Shown: piece by piece, positions 55,377 to 64,000 of the stretch | Numbering within the stretch: the stretch's first letter is position 1 | Layout: each line of letters begins with the position of its first letter | Assembly: GCF_009914755.1 (NCBI RefSeq) | Contig: NC_060944.1 | Direction: 5' to 3' (one strand) | From: the human T2T-CHM13v2.0 reference genome, Homo sapiens | Length of the DNA: 64,000 bases | Made by a program: the position numbers and the translations under genes | Notes under the pieces: generated by a model | Database searches by the model: none | What the model saw: only the letters and a program-made list of their open reading frames with translations | Told to the model about the DNA's origin: nothing

Positions 55377-58095
55377 CATTCTCAGAAACTTATTTGTGAT
55401 ATGTTTGCTCAACTAACAGGATTGAACCATCGTTTTGAAGGAGCAGTTTTGAAACACTGTTTTCGTGGAATCTGCAAGTGGATATTTGGCTAGCTTTGAG
55501 GATTTCGTTGGAAACGGGATTACATATAAAAAGGAGACAGCAGCATTCTCAGAAACTTCTTTGTGATGTCTGCATTCAATTCACAGAGTTGAGCATTCCC
55601 TTTCATAGAGCAGGTTGGAAACACTCTTTTTGTAGTATCTGGATGAGGACATTTGGAGCGCTTTCAGGCGTATGGTGAAAAAGGAAATATCTTCCCGTAA
55701 AAACTAGACAGAAGCATTCTCAGAAGTTTATTTGTGATGTGTGCCCTCAACTAACAGAGTTGAACCTTTCTTTTGATAGAGCAGTTTTGAAACACTCTTT
55801 TTGTAAAATCTGCAAGAGGATATTTGGATAGCTTTGAGGATTTCGTTGCAAACGGGAATGGCTTCATATAAACTCTAGACAGAAGCATTCTCAGAAACTT
55901 CGTTGGGATGTTTCGATTGAAGTCCCAGTGTTGAACATTCCCTTTTATAGAGCAGGTTGGAAACACTCTTTCTGCATTCCCTGGAAGTGGACATTTGGAG
56001 CGCTTTCAGGACGATGGTGAAAATGGAAATATCTTCCAAGAAAATCTAGATAGAAGCAATGTCAGAAACTTTTATGTGATGGATCTACTCAGCTAACAGA
56101 GTTGAACCTTTCTTTTGAGAGAGCAGTTTTGCAACACTCTTTTTGTGGAATATGCAAGTGGATATTAGGGCAGCTTTGAGGATTTCGTTGGAAACGGGAA
56201 TACATGTAAAAAGCAGACAGCAGCATTCTCAGAAACTTCTTTGTGATGTTTGCATTGAAGTCACAGAGTTGAACATTCCCTTTGAGAGAGCAGGTTTGAA
56301 ACACGCCTTTTGTCATATCTGGAAGTGTCCATTCGGAGCGCATTCAGGCTTGTGTTGAAAAAGGAAATATCCTCCCATAAAAACTAGACAGAAGCATTCT
56401 CAGAAACTTATCTGTGATGTATGTACTCAACTAACAGAACTAAACCATCGTTTTGAAGGAGCAGTTTTGAAACACTCTTTTTGCGGAATCTGCAAGTGGA
56501 TATTTGGCTAGCTGGGAGGATTTCGTTGGAAACGGGATTACATACAAAAAGCAGACAGCAGCATTCTCAGAAACTTCTTTGTGATGTTTGCATTCAAGTC
56601 ACAGAGTTGAACATTCCCTTTCATAGAGCAGGTTTGAAACACTCTTTTTGTAGTATCTGGATGTGGACATTTGGATCGCTTTCAGGCCTATGGTGAAAAA
56701 GGAAATATCTTCCCATGAAAACTAGACAGAAGCATTCTCAGAAACTTATTTGTGATGTGTGCCCTCAACTGACAGTGTTGAACCTTTGTTTTGATAGAGC
56801 AGTTCTGAAACACACTTTTTGTAAAATCTGCAAGAGGATATTTGGATAGCTTTGAGGATTTCGTTGGAAACGGGAATGTCTTCATGTAAACTCTAGACAG
56901 AAGCATTCTCAGAAACTGCTTTGGGATGTTTCAATTGAAGTCCCAGTGTTGAACATTCCCATTCATAGAGCAGGTTTGAAACACTCTTTTTGTACTATCT
57001 GGAAGTGGACATTTGGAGCGCTTTCAGGTCTACGGTGAAAAAGGAGATATCTTCCAATAAAAACTAGATAGAAGCAATGTCAGAACTTTTTTCATGATGT
57101 ATCTACTCAGCAAACAGAGTTGAACCTTTCTTTTGAGAGAGCAGTTTTGAAACACTCTTTTTGTGGAATATGCAAGTGGGTATTAGGCCAGCTTGGAGGA
57201 TTTCGTTGGAAACGGGAATACGTATAAAAAGCAGAGAGCAGCATTGTCAGAAACTACTTTGTGATGTTTGCATTCAAGTCACAGAATTGAACACTCCCTT
57301 TCACAGAGCAGGTTTGAAACACTCTTTTTGTAGTGTCTGTAAGTGAACATTTGGATTGCTTTCAGGCCTAAGGTGAAAAAGGAAATATCTTCCCATAAAA
57401 ACTAGACAGAAGCATTCTCAGAAACTTGTTTGTGATGTGTGCCCTCTACTGACAGAGTTGAACCTTTCTTTGCAAAGAGCAGTTTTGAAACACTCTTTTT
57501 GTAGAATCTGCAAGAGGATATTTGGATAGTTTTGAGGATTTCTTGGGAAACGGGAATGTCTTCAGATAAACTCTAGACAGAAGCATTCTCAGAAACTTCT
57601 TTGGGATGTTTCAATTGAAGTCACAGTGTTGAACATTCCCTTTCACAGAGCAGGTTTGAAACACTCTTTTTATAGTGTCTATAAGTGAACATTTGGCGTG
57701 CTTTCAGGCCTAACGTGAAAAAGGAAATATCTTCCCATAAAAACTAGACAGAAGCATTCTCAGAAACTTGTTCGTGATGTGTGCCCTCTACTGACAGAGT
57801 TGAACCTTTCTTTGCAAAGAGCAGCTTTGAAACACTCTTTTTGTAGAATCTGCAAGAGGATATTTGGATAGCTTGGAGGATTTCGTTGGAAACGGGTATG
57901 TCTTCAGATAAACTCTAGACAGAAGCATTCTCAGAAACTTCTTTGGGATGTTGCATTCAAGTCACAGAGTAGAACATTCCCATTCATAGAGCAGATTTGA
58001 AACACTCTTTTTGTAGTATCTGGAAGTGGACATTTGGAGCGCTTTCAGGCCTAGGTTGAAAAAGGAAATATCTTCCCATAAAAACTAGACGGAAG

Positions 58096-60472
58096 CATTC
58101 TCAGAAACTTATTTGTGATGTGTTTGCTCAACTAACAGGATTGAACCATCGTTTTGAAGGAGCAGTTTTGAAACACTGTTTTCGTGGAATCTGCAAGTGG
58201 ATATTTGGCTAGCTTTGAGGATTTCGTTGGAAACGGGATTACATATAAAAAGGAGACAGCAGCATTCTCAGAAACTTCTTTGTGATGTCTGCATTCAATT
58301 CACAGAGTTGAGCATTCCCTTTCATAGAGCAGGTTGGAAACACTCTTTTTGTAGTATCTGGATGAGGACATTTGGAGCGCTTTCAGGCGTATGGTGAAAA
58401 AGGAAATATCTTCCCGTAAAAACTAGACAGAAGCATTCTCAGAAGTTTATTTGTGATGTGTGCCCTCAACTAACAGAGTTGAACCTTTCTTTTGATAGAG
58501 CAGTTTTGAAACACTCTTTTTGTAAAATCTGCAAGAGGATATTTGGATAGCTTTGAGGATTTCGTTGCAAACGGGAATGGTTTCATATAAACTCTAGACA
58601 GAAGCATTCTCAGAAACTTCGTTGGGATGTTTCGATTGAAGTCCCAGTGTTGAACATTCCCTTTTATAGAGCAGGTTGGAAACACTCTTTCTGCATTCCC
58701 TGGAAGTGGACATTTGGAGCGCTTTCAGGACGACGGTGAAAATGGAAATATCTTCCAAGAAAATCTAGATAGAAGCAACGTCAGAAACTTTTATGTGATG
58801 GATCTACTCAGCTAACAGAGTTGAACCTTTCTTTTGAGAGAGCAGTTTTGCAACACTCTTTTTGTGGAATATGCAAGTGGATATTAGGGCAGCTTTGAGG
58901 ATTTCGTTGGAAACGGGAATACATGTAAAAAGCAGACAGCAGCATTCTCAGAAACTTCTTTGTGATGTTTGCATTGAAGTCACAGAGTTGAACATTCCCT
59001 TTGAGAGAGCAGGTTTGAAACACGCCTTTTGTCATATCTGGAAGTGTCCATTCGGAGCGCATTCAGGCTTGTGTTGAAAAAGGAAATATCCTCCCATAAA
59101 AACTAGACAGAAGCATTCTCAGAAACTTATCTGTGATGTATGTACTCAACTAACAGAACTAAACCATCGTTTTGAAGGAGCAGTTTTGAAACACTCTTTT
59201 TGCGGAATCTGCAAGTGGATATTTGGCTAGCTGGGAGGATTTCGTTGGAAACGGGATTACATACAAAAAGCAGACAGCAGCATTCTCAGAAACTTCTTTG
59301 TGATGTTTGCATTCAAGTCACAGAGTTGAACATTCCCTTTCATAGAGCAGGTTTGAAACACTCTTTTTGTAGTATCTGGATGTGGACATTTGGATCGCTT
59401 TCAGGCCTATGGTGAAAAAGGAAATATCTTCCCATGAAAACTAGACAGAAGCATTCTCAGAAACTTATTTGTGATGTGTGCCCTCAACTGACAGTGTTGA
59501 ACCTTTGTTTTGATAGAGCAGTTCTGAAACACACTTTTTGTAAAATCTGCAAGAGGATATTTGGATAGCTTTTTGGATTTCGTTGGAAACGGGAATGTCT
59601 TCATGTAAACTCTGGACAGAAGCATTCTCAGAAACTGCTTTGGGATGTTTCAATTGAAGTCCCAGTGTTGAACATTCCCTTTCATAGAGCAGGTTTGAAA
59701 CACTCTTTTTGTACTATCTGGAAGTGGACATTTGGAGCGCTTTCAGGTCTACGGTGAAAAAGGAGATATCTTCCAATAAAAACTAGATAGAAGCAATGTC
59801 AGAACTTTTTTCATGATGTATCTACTCAGCAAACAGAGTTGAACCTTTCTTTTGAGAGAGCAGTTTTGAAACACTCTTTTTGTGGAATATGCAAGTGGGT
59901 ATTAGGCCAGCTTGGAGGATTTCGTTGGAAACGGGAATACGTATAAAAAGCAGACAGCAGCATTGTCAGAAACTACTTTGTGATGTTTGCATTCAGGTCA
60001 CAGAATTGAACACCCCCCTTCACAGAGCAGGTTTGAAACACTCTTTTTGTAGTGTCTGTAAGTGAACATTTGGATTGCTTTCAGGCCTAAGGTGAAAAAG
60101 GAAATATCTTCCCATAAAAACTAGACAGAAGCATTCTCAGAAACTTGTTTGTGATGTGTGCCCTCTACTGACAGATTTGAACCTTTCTTTGCAAAGAGCA
60201 GCTTTGAAACACTCTTTTTGTAGAATCTGCAAGAGGATATTTGGATAGCTTGGAGGATTTCGTTGGAAACGGGTATGTCTTCAGATAAACTCTAGACAGA
60301 AGCATTCTCAGAAACTTCTTTGGGATGTTGCATTCAAGTCACAGAGTAGAACATTCCCATTCATAGAGCAGATTTGAAACACTCTTTTTGTAGTATCCGG
60401 AAGTGGACATTTGGAGCGCTTTCAGGCCTATGTTGAAAAAGGATATATCTTCCCATAAAAACTAGACGGAAG
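58096..60472 (+). repeat. 14-monomer HOR variant (2,377 bp), copy 2
   Basis: Marker spacing 58197 to 60574 = 2,377. It has the same hybrid junction and private SNVs (ACAGATTTG, TATCCGGAA) as copy 1. Confidence 0.95.
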
Positions 60473-63400
60473 CATTCTCAGAAACTTATTTGTGATATGT
60501 TTGCTCAACTAACAGGATTGAACCATCGTTTTGAAGGAGCAGTTTTGAAACACTGTTTTCGTGGAATCTGCAAGTGGATATTTGGCTAGCTTTGAGGATT
60601 TCGTTGGAAACGGGATTACATATAAAAAGGAGACAGCAGCATTCTCAGAAACTTCTTTGTGATGTCTGCATTCAATTCACAGAGTTGAGCATTCCCTTTC
60701 ATAGAGCAGGTTGGAAACACTCTTTTTGTAGTATCTGGATGAGGACATTTGGAGCGCTTTCAGGCGTATGGTGAAAAAGGAAATATCTTCCCGTAAAAAC
60801 TAGACAGAAGCATTCTCAGAAGTTTATTTGTGATGTGTGCCCTCAACTAACAGAGTTGAACCTTTCTTTTGATAGAGCAGTTTTGAAACACTCTTTTTGT
60901 AAAATCTGCAAGAGGATATTTGGATAGCTTTGAGGATTTCGTTGCAAACGGGAATGGTTTCATATAAACTCTAGACAGAAGCATTCTCAGAAACTTCGTT
61001 GGGATGTTTCGATTGAAGTCCCAGTGTTGAACATTCCCTTTTATAGAGCAGGTTGGAAACACTCTTTCTGCATTCCCTGGAAGTGGACATTTGGAGCGCT
61101 TTCAGGACGACGGTGAAAATGGAAATATCTTCCAAGAAAATCTAGATAGAAGCAACGTCAGAAACTTTTATGTGATGGATCTACTCAGCTAACAGAGTTG
61201 AACCTTTCTTTTGAGAGAGCAGTTTTGCAACACTCTTTTTGTGGAATATGCAAGTGGATATTAGGGCAGCTTTGAGGATTTCGTTGGAAACGGGAATACA
61301 TGTAAAAAGCAGACAGCAGCATTCTCAGAAACTTCTTTGTGATGTTTGCATTGAAGTCACAGAGTTGAACATTCCCTTTGAGAGAGCAGGTTTGAAACAC
61401 GCCTTTTGTCATATCTGGAAGTGTCCATTCGGAGCGCATTCAGGCTTGTGTTGAAAAAGGAAATATCCTCCCATAAAAACTAGACAGAAGCATTCTCAGA
61501 AACTTATCTGTGATGTATGTACTCAACTAACAGAACTAAACCATCGTTTTGAAGGAGCAGTTTTGAAACACCCTTTTTGCGGAATCTGCAAGTGGATATT
61601 TGGCTAGCTGGGAGGATTTCGTTGGAAACGGGATTACATACAAAAAGCAGACAGCAGCATTCTCAGAAACTTCTTTGTGATGTTTGCATTCAAGTCACAG
61701 AGTTGAACATTCCCTTTCATAGAGCAGGTTTGAAACACTCTTTTTGTAGTATCTGGATGTGGACATTTGGATCGCTTTCAGGCCTATGGTGAAAAAGGAA
61801 ATATCTTCCCATGAAAACTAGACAGAAGCATTCTCAGAAACTTATTTGTGATGTGTGCCCTCAACTGACAGTGTTGAACCTTTGTTTTGATAGAGCAGTT
61901 CTGAAACACACTTTTTGTAAAATCTGCAAGAGGATATTTGGATAGCTTTTTGGATTTCGTTGGAAACGGGAATGTCTTCATGTAAACTCTGGACAGAAGC
62001 ATTCTCAGAAACTGCTTTGGGATGTTTCAATTGAAGTCCCAGTGTTGAACATTCCCTTTCATAGAGCAGGTTTGAAACACTCTTTTTGTACTATCTGGAA
62101 GTGGACATTTGGAGCGCTTTCAGGTCTACGGTGAAAAAGGAGATATCTTCCAATAAAAACTAGATAGAAGCAATGTCAGAACTTTTTTCATGATGTATCT
62201 ACTCAGCAAACAGAGTTGAACCTTTCTTTTGAGAGAGCAGTTTTGAAACACTCTTTTTGTGGAATATGCAAGTGGGTATTAGGCCAGCTTGGAGGATTTC
62301 GTTGGAAACGGGAATACGTATAAAAAGCAGACAGCAGCATTGTCAGAAACTACTTTGTGATGTTTGCATTCAAGTCACAGAATTGAACACTCCCTTTCAC
62401 AGAGCAGGTTTGAAACACTCTTTTTGTAGTGTCTGTAAGTGAACATTTGGATTGCTTTCAGGCCTAAGGTGAAAAAGGAAATATCTTCCCATAAAAACTA
62501 GACAGAAGCATTCTCAGAAACTTGTTTGTGATGTGTGCCCTCTACTGACAGAGTTGAACCTTTCTTTGCAAAGAGCAGTTTTGAAACACTCTTTTTGTAG
62601 AATCTGCAAGAGGATATTTGGATAGTTTTGAGGATTTCTTGGGAAACGGGAATGTCTTCAGATAAACTCTAGACAGAAGCATTCTCAGAAACTTCTTTGG
62701 GATGTTTCAATTGCAGTCACAGTGTTGAACATTCCCTTTCACAGAGCAGGTTTGAAACACTCTTTTTATAGTGTCTATAAGTGAACATTTGGCGTGCTTT
62801 CAGGCCTAACGTGAAAAAGGAAATATCTTCCCATAAAAACTAGACAGAAGCATTCTCAGAAACTTGTTCGTGATGTGTGCCCTGTACTGACAGAGTTGAA
62901 CCTTTCTTTGCAAAGAGCAGCTTTGAAACACTCTTTTTGTAGAATCTGCAAGAGGATATTTGGATAGCTTTGAGGATTTCGTTGGAAACGGGTATGTCTT
63001 CAGATAAACTCTAGACAGAAGCATTCTCAGAAACTTCTTTGGGATGTTGCATTCAAGTCACAGAGTAGAACATTCCCATTCATAGAGCAGATTTGAAACA
63101 CTCTTTTTGTAGTATCTGGAAGTGGACATTTGGAGCGCTTTCAGGCCTATGTTGAAAAAGGAAATATCTTCCCATAAAAACTAGACGGAAGCATTCTCAG
63201 AAACTTATTTGTGATGTGTTTGCTCAACTAACAGGATTGAACCATCGTTTTGAAGGAGCAGTTTTGAAACACTGTTTTCGTGGAATCTGCAAGTGGATAT
63301 TTGGCTAGCTTTGAGGATTTCGTTGGAAACGGGATTACATATAAAAAGGAGACAGCAGCATTCTCAGAAACTTCTTTGTGATGTCTGCATTCAATTCACA

Positions 63401-64000
63401 GAGTTGAGCATTCCCTTTCATAGAGCAGGTTGGAAACACTCTTTTTGTAGTATCTGGATGAGGACATTTGTAGCGCTTTCAGGCGTATGGTGAAAAAGGA
63501 AATATCTTCCCGTAAAAACTAGCCAGAAGCATTCTCAGAAGTTTATTTGTGATGTGTGCCCTCAACTAACAGAGTTGAACCTTTCTTTTGATAGAGCAGT
63601 TTTGAAACACTCTTTTTGTAAAATCTGCAAGAGGATATTTGGATAGCTTTGAGGATTTCGTTGTAAACGGGAATGGCTTCATATAAACTCTAGACAGAAG
63701 CATTCTCAGAAACTTCGTTGGGATGTTTCGATTGAAGTCCCAGTGTTGAACATTCCCTTTTATAGAGCAGGTTGGAAACACTCTTTCTGCATTCCCTGGA
63801 AGTGGACATTTGGAGCGCTTTCAGGACGACGGTGAAAATGGAAATATCTTCCAAGAAAATCTAGATAGAAGCAATGTCAGAAACTTTTATGTGATGGATC
63901 TACTCAGCTAACAGAGTTGAACCTTTCTTTTGAGAGAGCAGTTTTGCAACACTCTTTTTGTGGAATATGCAAGTGGATATTAGGGCAGCTTTGAGGATTT

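Larger units (their letters stand above)
1..64000 (+). repeat. Centromeric alpha satellite HOR array, SF2 dimeric type, 16-mer of 2,719 bp (probably human chr20 D20Z2 / S2C20H1L)
   Basis: Tandem ~167-171 bp monomers beginning CATTCTCAGAAACTT run through the whole window. CENP-B-box monomers alternate with pJalpha-box monomers. SF2-type signatures are present (GGATTTCGTTGGAAACGGGATTACATATAAAAAG, AGACAGCAGCATTCTCAG, GGACATTTGGAGCGCTTTCAGGCCTATGGTGAAAAAGG). The same marker ORF recurs at 415, 3134, 6195, 8914 ... 63293, mostly 2,719 bp apart. The alpha-satellite call is near certain; the chromosome assignment rests on recalled HOR sizes (about 0.8). Confidence 0.98.

Noticed and set aside
415-63781. 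About 160 ORFs of 61-84 aa (MDIWLALR..., MWNMQV..., MLLSRVY..., etc.)
   Set aside because: These are chance frames in satellite DNA. They repeat with HOR periodicity, overlap on both strands, often use non-ATG starts, show no recognisable domain, and appear or vanish with single SNVs. I used them only as positional markers.
1-64000. CRISPR-like pattern (conserved CATTCTCAGAAAC motif with variable intervening sequence)
   Set aside because: The intervening sequences are homologous monomer bodies, not unique spacers. The period is ~170 bp, there are no cas genes, and this is eukaryotic satellite.
1-64000. Embedded transposon (L1/Alu), inversion or unique-sequence island
   Set aside because: Every marker interval is accounted for by 2,719, +342, -342 or -1 bp, and orientation never changes, which leaves no room for an insertion.
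1-64000. Promoter/terminator or ncRNA gene calls (TATAAAA motifs, T-runs, alpha-satellite transcripts)
   Set aside because: These motifs are intrinsic to AT-rich monomers. Centromeric transcription is known in general but cannot be located from this sequence alone.
1-64000. A wholly new biological system
   Set aside because: Everything seen fits known alpha-satellite HOR biology. Any novelty is limited to the specific variant structure and local expansion history, and these variants may already be catalogued.

Overview
The whole 64 kb window is one uninterrupted, single-orientation array of primate centromeric alpha satellite (~170-bp monomers). It is organised as A/B dimers of suprachromosomal family 2 (SF2, D1/D2-type monomers) and assembled into a 16-monomer, 2,719-bp higher-order repeat (HOR). 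A dimeric SF2 16-mer best matches the live human chromosome 20 array (D20Z2 / S2C20H1L); this assignment is from recall and has not been aligned. With units phased at the monomer start at 314, there are 23 complete HOR copies (314..63191): 17 of 2,719 bp, one of 2,718 bp, three 18-mers (3,061 bp) and two 14-mers (2,377 bp). I found no genes, RNA genes, transposons or CRISPR arrays. Every ORF in the track is a chance reading frame repeated with the HOR. I do not see a new biological system here. The structure worth attention is how the array evolves: (i) all length variants gain or lose the same 342-bp dimer, which is the only one with a dead CENP-B box, so each variant keeps 7 intact boxes; (ii) the 16-mer is built as hexamer + hexamer + dimer + dimer; (iii) SNV phasing shows multi-HOR super-repeats (periods 8,499, 5,438 and 5,096 bp), a copy displaced by 19 kb, and a haplotype boundary near 42 kb. 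All SNVs were read by eye and should be confirmed by alignment.
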